A DNA stretch of 56,242 bases. Origin: Gemmatimonadota bacterium (GTDB lineage: Bacteria; Gemmatimonadota; Gemmatimonadetes; Longimicrobiales; Gaopeijiaceae). Both the position numbers and the translations under genes were made by a program. The notes below the pieces were generated by a model. The model ran no database searches, was not told the DNA's origin, and was given only the letters and a program-made list of their open reading frames with translations. The number at the start of each line of letters is the position of its first letter. Position 1 is the stretch's first letter. The DNA lies in the NCBI GenBank assembly GCA_039589315.1, contig JBDHHQ010000022.1, positions 1 through 56,242 on the forward strand, given 5' to 3'. Below, piece after piece: positions 20,511 through 30,827 of the stretch.

Positions 20511-22625
20511 TCAGTTCCAAAGCGTCCAGCGGACGCCGTACATGATGCGCGAGATCGGAAGGAGGCGGCCGGGATAATCCTGATTGTCGTCCTTGCGCGC
20601 GAGGTTGTCCGCGGTGACGTAGATGCGGAAGGTCATGATCCGGATCTGGAGCCGCCCATACCACGATTGATACCAGTCGACGGTGTCGAGAGTCGGCTCG
20701 TCGGGGGTGGAATCGGGCGCGAGCAGGGGCACCAGCATGGGGTCACGGCCCTGGGCTCCCACGGCGGCCAGGATCTCGAGGTTGCCGGATTGGAGCAACG
20801 TCCGCTCGAAGGCGAGCTCCGCTTGCCAGCTGCGAAGCGGCAGATATCGCATGGCCGGCTCCTCGTCCCACCATTGGTAGTTGCCACGCAGGGCAAGTCC
20901 CCCGAGGAGGAGGGGAAGCTGCCCCGCCACCTCGAAGCCCTTCCTCGTCCCGCCGGGAAGGACCACGCCTCCCCGGTCCGTGGGGAGACCCAGCGGGTGC
21001 AGCGAATCAGCCTCCACCGACAGGCGGGCGCCGGAGAGCCGGAGCCCCCTCCACTGGAACTGAGCACCCAGCCGCAGCGTGGAGCGTTCGGTGAAGCGAG
21101 GGTCGAGCGGCTCCGGGGGCGGGATGGTGTCCATGGGCGGCGTGACCGTCGTGTCCATGGGCGGACCGGCCGTGGTGTCCGGCGGGGTCGGCAGCGGTGG
21201 CGCCGCAGGAACCCAGGGGACGCCCCGCTTGCCGCTTTCCAGGCTGCCGAAAAGGGAGAGCCCGAGGAAGGACCGGGTCCAGGCCCGGGCCTGGAAGGCC
21301 GTGGCCGACGTTCCGTCCCACCCTTCCCTGGCCACGGCCCCCTCGACCCCACCGGCCTGCGGCGAGCGGAATCCACCACGGAGCTCCAGGACCGACGAGG
21401 GAATCCCCTCGCCGCTCTGGACTCGGGCGGAGGCGCCGCCCCAGAATGCGGGCTTGTCCACTCCCAGACGTGCCCCGTACTGCGAGCGCGAGGGCTCCGC
21501 GAACGCCACGAGGCTGTCGCCGCTCGACTTGCCGATCCAGGATCGTCCGACGAACGCCTCGGCCACGACGTCCTGCCAGAGCTCGGCACGGCCCCGGATC
21601 ACCCAGTCCGAGCGGCCGACCCGCCCAGGCACGTAGATGGTGTCCCTATCCGAGCTCATGCGCCGGATTTCGGCCCGGATGCCCCAGGTCTCGCTGGGCT
21701 CGAAGCTGTAGCTCGCCCAGAAGCCCGCGCTGGTGCCCGGCTCGTTCGCCTGGGTGCCCTGCGTGTCGAGTCGGTCGATGGCCACGTACAGCTTGCCGCC
21801 CAGGACGCGGGGGTGGCCGAAGGTCGCTCGGAACTGGTTGGTGCGCAGGTCCCCGGTCCCGGTTTCTATGACGGTATAGGGCCGTGGATCGCTCTGTTCG
21901 ATGCTCCACACCTCGACCCTGAGCTCCCCCAGCGTCCGCTCGGCCCGCACGCGCTCCACCCCGGCGAGGCTCACCCTGGCCAGGTCGACCACCCCACCCT
22001 CGAGCGGCACCATCTCGAAGCCGTCCCAGAACAGCCGAATCCGCCCCGCCCCGGTGGCGAAGACGGAGACGGACCGGGGCATCCCGTAGTCACCGCCTCG
22101 AAGCGGCACGGCACCGGGGATCAGGCTCAGCAGCTCGCCCATCTCCATGGCTCGGGTGCCGCGCAGGGCCTCCCGGTCCCACTCCCAGACCTCGTTGGTC
22201 CAACCCAACGCCGCCCCACGGACGGCAGCCGGCATGAGGGGTAGCGGGATCGTGTCGAAGTCAACCGCCGCCGTGTCGACGGCCTGCGCCAACGAATCCG
22301 GGAGGACCTGCAGGGAGTCGGGTACCGCCTGGTCCGAAGCAGCCTCTAGCGAGTCGGCCGCGGCGGCCGAGTCTGGGGCTACCTGCAGCGAGTCCGCCGC
22401 GGTCGCCGAGTCGGGCGCGACCCCGACCGTGTCCGCCGGCGGAGGCAGCGTGTCCGGAGGCTCCTGGGCCCCAGCTGACGCGGGCCCCAACCCGGACAGC
22501 GCCAGGGTCAGGCACGTCACAATGAAAGCCGGCGCCCAGGGTCCGAGGACCCGAGGCGCCGGAGGGCTGCCGGGGGCGTCGGTGCGCCCCGATGCGCGTC
22601 TCACCGAGCCCGGCCCCTCACCCAT
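20511..22625 (-). CDS. Outer-membrane beta-barrel protein with TonB-dependent-receptor-like plug region
   Basis: Signal peptide ending AGA-Q, plug-like LLSLIPG...LFWDG...DL..V...VERV, C-terminal YGVRWTLWN; true start may be downstream. Confidence 0.65.
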   Translation of the reverse strand: MGEGPGSVRRASGRTDAPGSPPAPRVLGPWAPAFIVTCLTLALSGLGPASAGAQEPPDTLPPPADTVGVAPDSATAADSLQVAPDSAAAADSLEAASDQAVPDSLQVLPDSLAQAVDTAAVDFDTIPLPLMPAAVRGAALGWTNEVWEWDREALRGTRAMEMGELLSLIPGAVPLRGGDYGMPRSVSVFATGAGRIRLFWDGFEMVPLEGGVVDLARVSLAGVERVRAERTLGELRVEVWSIEQSDPRPYTVIETGTGDLRTNQFRATFGHPRVLGGKLYVAIDRLDTQGTQANEPGTSAGFWASYSFEPSETWGIRAEIRRMSSDRDTIYVPGRVGRSDWVIRGRAELWQDVVAEAFVGRSWIGKSSGDSLVAFAEPSRSQYGARLGVDKPAFWGGASARVQSGEGIPSSVLELRGGFRSPQAGGVEGAVAREGWDGTSATAFQARAWTRSFLGLSLFGSLESGKRGVPWVPAAPPLPTPPDTTAGPPMDTTVTPPMDTIPPPEPLDPRFTERSTLRLGAQFQWRGLRLSGARLSVEADSLHPLGLPTDRGGVVLPGGTRKGFEVAGQLPLLLGGLALRGNYQWWDEEPAMRYLPLRSWQAELAFERTLLQSGNLEILAAVGAQGRDPMLVPLLAPDSTPDEPTLDTVDWYQSWYGRLQIRIMTFRIYVTADNLARKDDNQDYPGRLLPISRIMYGVRWTLWN

Positions 22626-24121
22626 TCGATGAGAAGGCGCGCCGGAACTCCATACCCACCCTTCCGATGGTAGGGCTTCTCGCCGTCACCGTAGGCGGTT
22701 CCCGCCACGTCCAGGTGTGCCCAAGGGACCTCGCCCACGAACTCGCGGAGGAACCAGGCGGCCGTGATCGTACCGGCGGGTCGCCCGCCTACGTTCATGA
22801 AGTCGGCCGTCGTCGACGCGAGCTGCTTGCGGTAGTCGTCGAGAAGCGGGAGCTGCCAGCACCGCTCACCGGAGCGGTCTCCGGCATCCCGGAGCTCTTC
22901 GATCAGCTCGTCGTCCGTGCCCATGAGGCCCGAAGCCGCGTGCCCCAACGCGATGACGCAGGAACCCGTGAGCGTGGCGCAGTCCACGATCGCCGCGGGC
23001 TTGAATGTCTGGGCGTAGGAGAGCGCATCCGCCAGAATCAGACGGCCCTCGGCATCCGTGTTGATCACCTCCACGGTCTTCCCTTCCCTCGTCCGAATCA
23101 CGTCTCCGGGCTTGAGGGCACTACCCGACGGGAGGTTCTCCGAAGATGGGACGATCCCCACCACGTTCAAGGGCACGGCCAGCGCAGCGACGGCCTGCAT
23201 GGCACCGAGCACGGCGGCTCCGCCGGACATGTCGAACTTCATGTCCTCCATGCCTTTGGCCGGCTTTATCGAAATGCCGCCTGCGTCGAATGTCAGGCCC
23301 TTCCCCACGAGCACCAGCGGCGCCTCGCCCTCGGTGCCGCCCCGGTGCTCCAGCACGATGAGCCTGGGCTCCTGCACCGAGCCGGAGCTGACCGCCAGCA
23401 GCGCGTGCATGTTCTCCGCTTCCAGGGCCGCCCGATCGAAGATCTGAACGCCGAGGCCCACCTCGGCCGCCATGCGCTGAGCCTCGCTGGCCAAGTGGGC
23501 CGGCGTGGCCACGTTTCCGGGCCGGGATTGGAGCCGTCTCGCGAGATTCTGGCCTCGGGCGATCGCCGCCCCCACCGCCACGCCTCGCGCCAGGGCGTCC
23601 GGGTCCGCGATCCCCAGGACTCGGACGGCTTCCACGGCCACGACGGGCGGCTCGTCCTCCTTCGTCCCGACCTCCGTCTTCAGCTCCCTGAAGCTCCAGG
23701 CGGCCAGGGCGGCGCCCTCAGCCGCCGCCTGTGCCATCACCTGCGGGTCCAGGACGCCGCCATCGTCGAGGAGCACGGACACCTCGGATACGGAGCGGTT
23801 TTCGGCCTCCCGCACGGCCCGGGCCGCGTACTGCCGAACGGCCTCGGCGTCGAGGGCCTCACGGCGGCCGACACCCAGCGCCAGCACCCGGGCAGGCCCC
23901 CCGTCCGCCTCGGTGTAGGCCATGACGGATTGCCCGGTCCGCCCCTCCAGGTCGCCGTGCTGGGCAGCCCGACTCAGGGCGTGCCCGAGCGCCGCGTCCA
24001 GAGCGGCGGCGGCCTGTGCCAGCCCCTCGTCCTGGAACACGGGCACGGCCAGGAGGGGAGTCGCGTGAGCCGACGGCTCGGCTGAAACGAACGATACGGT
24101 CATGGCGTCATCGCGTTGCAT
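22601..24121 (-). CDS. pepA: Leucyl aminopeptidase (M17)
   Basis: GKGLTFDAGG, MKFDMSG, NTDAEGRL, ATLTG. Confidence 0.95.
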   Translation of the reverse strand: MQRDDAMTVSFVSAEPSAHATPLLAVPVFQDEGLAQAAAALDAALGHALSRAAQHGDLEGRTGQSVMAYTEADGGPARVLALGVGRREALDAEAVRQYAARAVREAENRSVSEVSVLLDDGGVLDPQVMAQAAAEGAALAAWSFRELKTEVGTKEDEPPVVAVEAVRVLGIADPDALARGVAVGAAIARGQNLARRLQSRPGNVATPAHLASEAQRMAAEVGLGVQIFDRAALEAENMHALLAVSSGSVQEPRLIVLEHRGGTEGEAPLVLVGKGLTFDAGGISIKPAKGMEDMKFDMSGGAAVLGAMQAVAALAVPLNVVGIVPSSENLPSGSALKPGDVIRTREGKTVEVINTDAEGRLILADALSYAQTFKPAAIVDCATLTGSCVIALGHAASGLMGTDDELIEELRDAGDRSGERCWQLPLLDDYRKQLASTTADFMNVGGRPAGTITAAWFLREFVGEVPWAHLDVAGTAYGDGEKPYHRKGGYGVPARLLIEWVRGRAR

Positions 24122-24157
24122 GGCTGGAAGTGGCGCCTTCGGCGAAGGCGCGGGGGA

Positions 24158-25393
24158 TCACATGTTACCGACAACGGCCTCCCCGAACTCGGAGGTGGAC
24201 ACCTTGCGGGCCCCGTCCATCTGGCGCTCCAGGTCATAGGTGACCGTCTTGGCGGCGATCGCCCCCTCCAGTCCCCGGTTCACGGCATCGGCCGCCTCGT
24301 TCCACCCCAGATGCTCCAGCATCATCACGGCCGAGAGGATCAGAGACCCGGGGTTCACCTTGTCCTGGCCGGCGTACTTGGGCGCGGTGCCGTGGGTCGC
24401 CTCGAATAGGGCCACCTCGTCCCCGACGTTGGCACCCGGCGCCATGCCCAGACCTCCCACCTGCGCCGCGCAGGCATCGGAGAGGTAATCCCCGTTGAGG
24501 TTGGGTGTGACGATCACGTCGTACTCGTCCGGCCGAAGCAGCACCTGCTGGAACATGGCATCGGCGATTCGGTCGTTGACCACGATCTTTCCTGCTGGAT
24601 CGGCACCCTCCCAGATGGCGGATTCGGCGATCGTGCGATCGGCGAAGCGTTCCTCGGCGACCTCGTAGCCCCAGTCCCGAAACGCTCCTTCCGTGAATTT
24701 CATGATGTTGCCCTTGTGAACCAGCGTCACGGAGCGACGACCGCGATCCAGCGCGTATCGAATGGCCGCAGCCACGTGACGTTTGGTCCCAAAGGGGCTG
24801 ATCGGCTTGATGCCGATGCCGGAGCCCTCGCGGATGTTTGCCCCCATCTCGGCGGTGAGAAAGCTCCTGACTCTTTCGGCCTCCCCGGTCCCGGACGCCC
24901 ATTCGATGCCTGCGTATACGTCTTCCGTGTTCTCGCGGAAGATCACCACGTCCAGCTTCTCGGGCTCACGCATGGGGGAAGGTACACCCGGGATATACCG
25001 GACGGGCCGAATGCAGGAGTAGAGGTCCAGGACCTGTCGAAGCGTCACGTTGAGGGAACGAATCCCCCCTCCCACCGGAGTCGTCAGTGGGCCCTTGATC
25101 CCGACCTTGAACTCCGTCAGCGCTCGAAAGGTCTCCTGGGGCAGCCACTCGCCCGTCCGTTCATTCGCTTTTTCGCCGGCCAGAATCTCCATCCACGCGA
25201 TGGAACGGGCGCCCTCGTAGGCCTTGTCGACGGCCGCATCCGCCACGCGTTGCGTAGCGCGCCAGATGTCGGGGCCGATCCCGTCCCCCTCGATGAACGG
25301 AATGATGGGGGAGTCGGGGACGGTGAGTCTTCCCCCCTCGATCGTGATCGGATCCCCTTGCTCGGGGACGGAGATGTGTCTGTATTCCGGCAT
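24158..25393 (-). CDS. icd: NADP-dependent isocitrate dehydrogenase
   Basis: [43 protein letters not shown]. Confidence 0.97.
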   Translation of the reverse strand: MPEYRHISVPEQGDPITIEGGRLTVPDSPIIPFIEGDGIGPDIWRATQRVADAAVDKAYEGARSIAWMEILAGEKANERTGEWLPQETFRALTEFKVGIKGPLTTPVGGGIRSLNVTLRQVLDLYSCIRPVRYIPGVPSPMREPEKLDVVIFRENTEDVYAGIEWASGTGEAERVRSFLTAEMGANIREGSGIGIKPISPFGTKRHVAAAIRYALDRGRRSVTLVHKGNIMKFTEGAFRDWGYEVAEERFADRTIAESAIWEGADPAGKIVVNDRIADAMFQQVLLRPDEYDVIVTPNLNGDYLSDACAAQVGGLGMAPGANVGDEVALFEATHGTAPKYAGQDKVNPGSLILSAVMMLEHLGWNEAADAVNRGLEGAIAAKTVTYDLERQMDGARKVSTSEFGEAVVGNM

Positions 25394-25766
25394 GCGGTGA
25401 GCACCTCGTTCGGTGTTGTGGGAGCCGGCCTGCTACCGGGCAAGCCGGGCCGGAAGCTATTCAGCCGCAACAGGGGCAGCAAGGACGAAAGTCCGTCGCA
25501 TGATGGTCCCCGGCCGACGGACCGTGAGGCGGCTTTCGCCCCGACAGGGAGAACTCTAGGTTTTCCGTGGCGCGCCATCGGGCTCCCGAATCTCCGGCCA
25601 GGGCAGAGCCTCCGCCGGCGCCCACCTGGACAGCCGGGTCTTCCCGGCTCGAACCGGTGGGCGACCCCGGTCGACGGGGGCGACTCGGTGATCCGCGTTC
25701 CCGCGCCAGTCGCTCCGAAGCCCCTCTGCGAGCGGATTCGGAGGACCCCCAACGAAGGCGACGCCC

Positions 25767-26930
25767 ATGCCCTACCCCAGGCGAAACCGCCCTGCCACAT
25801 GGCTCCTCTCGGGCGGCATACCAATGCTGTTGGGACTATCTGCCTGTGCCGGCTCCGCGACCCGGGCCCCGGAGCAAACGCCGGTGATGGAGGAGCTCGG
25901 TCCGGCGGACATCTCCAGCCGCCGCGTCCGGATCGCAGCCGACAACGCCGCCGAGCGGTACCTCGGGACGATCGAGCTTTCGGCGGACAGCATCATCAAG
26001 ACCACCGATCGGCCCGACGTAGCCCTCAACGCCCTTTCTTGGAAGGCCAACGCGATTCCTGTGGTTCAGCGCGTGATGCACCACCCCGACGCTTTGGTGA
26101 GCTTCGTGGACGGCTGGGTCTTCATCGAGCAGATGCACGACTACTTCGACCAGGGCCGGGGCCGGGAGCTCTTCGGGACCGAGCAGAGGATCGCGGTCGA
26201 TGCGACGCGAGGCCTCGCCACACACATGGACAGCTTGATCGCACTGGAGCTCGATACGGCCGACTACCGCCGCTACCGGGGGTTCGTAGACCGGTGGGTG
26301 GACCGTCGCCCGCTCGACAATGATCTCTTTGTCAGGGAGTCCGTGGTGCAGGCCGCCGCCGAGGAGCTCGCAGACCACCGGATGGGGGGGCTCAGTGCGA
26401 TCGGTGAGCTCGAAGAGTTGGCCGTAGACGCTCAGCAAATGGCCCAGAGCTATCTTGCCTACACCCCGAAGGTCGTGCTGTGGCAAGCAGAGCTCATGGT
26501 CATGTCCATGATGGACACCACCCGGCTGAGTCCCCTGCTCTCGAGTGTGGAGCGCATGGCTGTGATGCAGGCCGCCACGGGACTGATGGAGGGACTGCCC
26601 GAGCTCGTGGCCAACGAGCGTCGTGCCACTCTCGGTGAGATGCGTCTTCTGACCGACACGGCCACAGCCCACCTGGTCACGCTGGTCGCCTCCGAGCGCC
26701 AGACCATCTTGCTGGAGCTCGCGCGTCTCGTGCGAGAGGAGCGGGGCGCCCTGCTCGCCGACGTCGAGGAAACGGTCCTGTTGGCCATGGAGCAGGGCCG
26801 GCTCGAGGCCACCGCGCTCGTCGACCACACGCTCTGGCGCCTCGCGCAAGGGGCCGCGGTGCTGATGGTCCTGCTGGCCTTGGCGTTCTTCCTGGTGTTG
26901 AGGCGCCTTGAACGGGCCAGGTCCGCTTGA
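25767..26930 (+). CDS. Hypothetical helical lipoprotein with C-terminal TM helix
   Basis: Lipobox LGLSAC; C-terminal AAVLMVLLALAFFLVL; GC3-biased codons. Confidence 0.7.
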   Translation: MPYPRRNRPATWLLSGGIPMLLGLSACAGSATRAPEQTPVMEELGPADISSRRVRIAADNAAERYLGTIELSADSIIKTTDRPDVALNALSWKANAIPVVQRVMHHPDALVSFVDGWVFIEQMHDYFDQGRGRELFGTEQRIAVDATRGLATHMDSLIALELDTADYRRYRGFVDRWVDRRPLDNDLFVRESVVQAAAEELADHRMGGLSAIGELEELAVDAQQMAQSYLAYTPKVVLWQAELMVMSMMDTTRLSPLLSSVERMAVMQAATGLMEGLPELVANERRATLGEMRLLTDTATAHLVTLVASERQTILLELARLVREERGALLADVEETVLLAMEQGRLEATALVDHTLWRLAQGAAVLMVLLALAFFLVLRRLERARSA

Positions 26931-26998
26931 TCACTCAGGACGGGGCGAAACCTCACCCCAGGTTGCGCCAAGGACTGGCCTCCGCCATCTTCCGAGCC

Positions 26999-27021
26999 TA
27001 GTTGATACCGATTCTCAACTA
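26999..27021. promoter_or_regulatory. Fur-box-like operator
   Basis: Palindrome TAGTTGA-TACCGATTC-TCAACTA; core TGATACCGATTCTCA matches 11/14 of the 7-1-7 Fur consensus; upstream of an iron transporter. Confidence 0.7.
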
Positions 27022-27070
27022 ACCCGTCCGAAGCAGCCGATTACTTGATGACGGAGTGCATTCCGTGGAG

Positions 27071-28123
27071 ATGACCTGGAACCGAGCGTCCCTCTTGGCG
27101 CTGGCTCTCGTCGTGGCGGCGTGCGGCGGTGAGACCGACGAGCCCGAAGCGCGACAGGCGGTTGAGACTGCTGGCGAGGTCAACGTCTACAGTCACCGTC
27201 ACTACGACGTCGACGAGCGCCTCTTCTCGCGCTTCACGGAGCTCACGGGGATTCGGGTCAACGTGCAGACCGCCTCGGCCGACGAGCTCATCACGCGCCT
27301 GGAGAACGAGGGTGCCGACTCACCGGCGGACATCCTGGTCACCGTGGACGCGGGCCGGCTCCATAGGGCCCAGGCGCGGGGACTGCTTCAGTCGGCCACC
27401 AGCGCGGTGCTGGAGGCCAACGTCCCCGAGAACCTGAGGGAGCCTGACGGACATTGGTTCGGCCTGACACAGCGCGCCCGTGTCATCGTCTACCACAATG
27501 ACCGGGTTTCTCCCGACGAGCTATCCACCTACGAAGATCTCGCGGACCCCAGGTGGCGTGGCCGAGTGCTCATCCGAAGCTCGGAGAACATCTACAATCA
27601 GTCGCTGTTGGCCTCCATGCTCGCGGCACATGGCGACGACGTGTGCACGGAATGGGCCGCCGCCGTCGTGGCCAACATGGCCAGAGAGCCCCGGGGCGGG
27701 GATCGCGATCAGATTCGGGCCATCGCGGCGGGCGAGGGGGACGTGGCCGTGGTGAACACGTACTACTTCGGCCGCATGCAGAACGGTGAGGACGAGGCGG
27801 ATCGGGAGATCGCCAGCCAGATCGGCGTGTTCTTTCCCAACCAGGCGGGCCGCGGCACACACGTGAACGTGAGCGGCGCCGGGATCGCCGCCCATGCGCC
27901 CAACCGGGCCAACGCCCTTCGTCTGATCGAGTTCCTGACCGGCGCAGAGGCCCAGAGCGTCTATGCGGAGGCCAACTTCGAATACCCCGTCAATCCTGGC
28001 GTGCCGGCTGCGGAAGCCCTGGCGGCCTGGGGCGACTTCAAGGCGGACGGGTTGAGCCTGGCCCGCTTGGGTGAGCTCAATCGAGACGCCGTGATGATCC
28101 TCGACCGGGCCGGGTGGCGGTAG
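27071..28123 (+). CDS. Fe(3+) ABC transporter substrate-binding lipoprotein (FutA/FbpA family)
   Basis: Lipobox VAAC, VNVYSHRHY, TVDAGRL, NTYY, NFEYP; alternative start GTG 27056. Confidence 0.92.
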   Translation: MTWNRASLLALALVVAACGGETDEPEARQAVETAGEVNVYSHRHYDVDERLFSRFTELTGIRVNVQTASADELITRLENEGADSPADILVTVDAGRLHRAQARGLLQSATSAVLEANVPENLREPDGHWFGLTQRARVIVYHNDRVSPDELSTYEDLADPRWRGRVLIRSSENIYNQSLLASMLAAHGDDVCTEWAAAVVANMAREPRGGDRDQIRAIAAGEGDVAVVNTYYFGRMQNGEDEADREIASQIGVFFPNQAGRGTHVNVSGAGIAAHAPNRANALRLIEFLTGAEAQSVYAEANFEYPVNPGVPAAEALAAWGDFKADGLSLARLGELNRDAVMILDRAGWR

Positions 28124-28232
28124 GACCGGGATCTCGGTCAGACGGATCGATGATCCGGCGCCCCCCCACAGCCCCGACGGGTGGAGCCCTCCCAGGCTCC
28201 ACCCGTTCCTGTTCTACCCGGGTCACGGGCAC

Positions 28233-30020
28233 GTGACGACCCTTGCGCGTCGTGTCCGCCACGGCTGGGATGGGCTTCGTCTGGTGGCTCGCCAGTCGGG
28301 GGCGCAGTTCCGCGTCGGCGTGTCCGGCTGGACCGTGGCCGCCCTCGTCCTGGTGGCTCTGACCACGATCCCGCTGGTGGCGGTGTTCGCGGGGGTGCTC
28401 GGGCCGTCCAGCGACACCTGGCGCCACATCGCCTCGACCGTGCTCGCGGACTATCTGGTGAACTCCGCGGCGCTGATGGTGCTGGTCGGGGCTATCACGC
28501 TCGTGATCGGCGTATCCGCGGCCTGGCTGGTGGCCATGTGCAGCTTCCCCGGACGCCGGGTCTTCGAGTGGGGGCTGATCCTGCCGCTGGCCGTCCCCAC
28601 CTACATTGCCGGGATCACCTACGCAGAGCTGCTGGCCTACGGCAGCCCGGCCTACGACCTGGTGGCATGGGCCTGGCCCAGCGCGGCGACACCCAGATTC
28701 CAGACGCACATCATGACGCTGCCCGGTGTGGCGGTAGTCATGAGCCTGGTGCTGTTCCCGTACACCTACGTCATCACCCGTGCGTCGTTCGCGAAGCAGT
28801 CGGGCAGCATCTTGGAGACGGCCCGGATCCTGGGCCGCTCGCCCTGGCAGACGTTCTACCAGGTGGCCCTCCCCCTGGCCCGCCCAGCCGTGGTGGCCGG
28901 CTCGACCCTCGTCCTCATGGAGGTGCTCAACGAGTACGGAGCGGTGAAGTACTACGGGATCCCGACCTTCACGACGGGGATCTTCCGTGCCTGGTTCCCC
29001 CTGGACGACCCGGACGCCGCGCTCCGACTGGCCGGCTGCCTGCTGCTCTTCGTCTTCTCGCTGATTCTGGTGGAGCGCGGCCAGCGCGGCCGAGCCCGGT
29101 TCGACGACGGCTCGCGCGTCCAGAGGCCGCCTCCGCGGTACGCGCTCCGCGGATGGCGAGCCACCGCGGCCTTCGCCGTCTGCGCGGTCCCCATGGCCTT
29201 CGGCTTCGTGCTGCCGGTGGTGCAGCTCACCGCCTGGGCCGTCTCGGCGGCACCCGGCTTCCTCGACACGGACTTCGCCGTCATGGCCGTGCACTCGTTC
29301 GGCCTCGCCCTGGCCGCCGCGGCGTTTGCGGTCCTGGTGGCGCTGGTCGTGGCCTACGCGGCCCGTCTGAGCCCCACGCCTCTGCTGGCCCTGGCGTCGC
29401 GGGTTGCCGTCCTGGGCTATTCGATCCCCGGTGCCGTCATCGCCGTCGGGGTGCTCGTCCCGTTCGTCTGGGTCGACCGGCGCGTGGATGCCGTAGGCGA
29501 GGCCGTGCTTGGATCGGGGACGGGGCTGCTGCTGACGGGGAGCCTGGCAGCGCTTCTCTTCGCCTACGTGGTGCGCTTCCTGGCCGTCTCGTTGAACCCG
29601 GTCGAGTCCGGCTTCAAGCGGGTGTGCGGCAATCTCGACGAGTGCTCCCGCTCATTGGGGTTATCTCCCCTGCGCACGCTCCTGCGCGTGGACCTCCCGC
29701 TCCTGAAGGGTGTGTTGGCCTCGGCGGCCCTGCTCGTGTTCGTGGACGTGCTCAAGGAGCTGCCGCTCACGCTGATCCTGCGGCCGTTCAACTTCGACAC
29801 CCTGGCCACGAGCGCTTTCCAGTTGGCCAGCGACGAGCGCGTGGCCCAATCGGCCGTGCCGGCGTTGCTGGTGATACTTACCGGCCTGATTCCAGTGATC
29901 CTCCTGGGCCGGCTGGTGGGAAGGACGGGACCCGGGCACCGAGCTGAGGAAAGCGCGGTCGAAGCCACCGTGCAGGGGCTGGCGCCCCTTCCGGGCGAGG
30001 CTGGCGTCGTGGGGGACTGA
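28233..30020 (+). CDS. Fe(3+) ABC transporter permease (FbpB/FutB, duplicated TM domain)
   Basis: LPLAVPTY, LPLARPA, KELPLTLILRPFNFDTLA. Confidence 0.92.
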   Translation: MTTLARRVRHGWDGLRLVARQSGAQFRVGVSGWTVAALVLVALTTIPLVAVFAGVLGPSSDTWRHIASTVLADYLVNSAALMVLVGAITLVIGVSAAWLVAMCSFPGRRVFEWGLILPLAVPTYIAGITYAELLAYGSPAYDLVAWAWPSAATPRFQTHIMTLPGVAVVMSLVLFPYTYVITRASFAKQSGSILETARILGRSPWQTFYQVALPLARPAVVAGSTLVLMEVLNEYGAVKYYGIPTFTTGIFRAWFPLDDPDAALRLAGCLLLFVFSLILVERGQRGRARFDDGSRVQRPPPRYALRGWRATAAFAVCAVPMAFGFVLPVVQLTAWAVSAAPGFLDTDFAVMAVHSFGLALAAAAFAVLVALVVAYAARLSPTPLLALASRVAVLGYSIPGAVIAVGVLVPFVWVDRRVDAVGEAVLGSGTGLLLTGSLAALLFAYVVRFLAVSLNPVESGFKRVCGNLDECSRSLGLSPLRTLLRVDLPLLKGVLASAALLVFVDVLKELPLTLILRPFNFDTLATSAFQLASDERVAQSAVPALLVILTGLIPVILLGRLVGRTGPGHRAEESAVEATVQGLAPLPGEAGVVGD

Positions 30021-30045
30021 GGCCGGAGCGGGTGCCAGGACCGGC

Positions 30046-30810
30046 CTAGCTCCCCCCCACCGAGATCATCTTCCGCTCGCCCATGGCCGCTCTCACGAAG
30101 TCCACGAACAGGCCGAGCATCCGATCGTCATTGGCCACCAGCTCCTCGGGATGCCACTGAACGCCCACGGCGTAGGGATGCTCGGGAATCTCCATCGCCT
30201 CGACGAGGCCGTCGGGCGCGAATCCCGTCGCCACGAGGCCGTCGCCCAGGGTCCGCACTGCCTGATGGTGAAGGCTGTTTACCGGCAGCTCCTCGGTCCG
30301 GACGACCCGGTAGACCCGGCTGTCGCCCTGCATGTGGACCGAGTGGGCGAGGTGGTCCCGGGGAATGGACCGGTCGTAGTAGTCGTGCTTGACGTCCCCG
30401 GCCACGTGCTGGTGGAGCGTCCCGCCCGCTGCCACGTTGAGCGTCTGCATGCCCCGGCAGATGCCGAGCACCGGCAGACCCCTGTCCAGCGCCAGGCGAA
30501 TGAGGGCGAGCTCCGTGAGGTCCCGCGGACTGTCCGGCAGCTCCACGGTCGGAAGCGGCTCCTCACCGTAGTGGGTGGGATCCAGATCCGTGCCGCCTGG
30601 AATCAGTAGCCCATCGACGTGGCCCACGAGCCTCTCGAGCATCACGGGATCTTCGGGAATCAGGGGTATGGGCCAGGCCAACGCCCCTGCGGCGCCCAGG
30701 GCCTGGACGTACGCCTGCCCCACCGCGAATCCCGGAGGCTGGCCCTCGGAGACCCCACTGACAGCGTGGAGGCTGTGTGTGGTGATTCCGATCACCGGCA
30801 CGAGATGCAT
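30046..30810 (-). CDS. Gamma-glutamyl-gamma-aminobutyrate hydrolase family (peptidase C26, PuuD-like)
   Basis: GICRGMQ, VNSLHHQ, VQWHPE catalytic triad. Confidence 0.9.
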   Translation of the reverse strand: MHLVPVIGITTHSLHAVSGVSEGQPPGFAVGQAYVQALGAAGALAWPIPLIPEDPVMLERLVGHVDGLLIPGGTDLDPTHYGEEPLPTVELPDSPRDLTELALIRLALDRGLPVLGICRGMQTLNVAAGGTLHQHVAGDVKHDYYDRSIPRDHLAHSVHMQGDSRVYRVVRTEELPVNSLHHQAVRTLGDGLVATGFAPDGLVEAMEIPEHPYAVGVQWHPEELVANDDRMLGLFVDFVRAAMGERKMISVGGS

Positions 30811-30827
30811 CTCGCTGGAACTCTCCT

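Noticed and set aside
19941..22244. 767-aa plus-strand ORF and many similar long antisense ORFs
   Set aside because: Antisense shadows of well-supported genes, expected in high-GC DNA; no recognisable motifs
25481..25500. GAAAGTCC resembling the RNase P RNA P4 signature
   Set aside because: Context is not GAGGAAAGTCC and no matching 3' ACAGAA...GGCTTA element was seen
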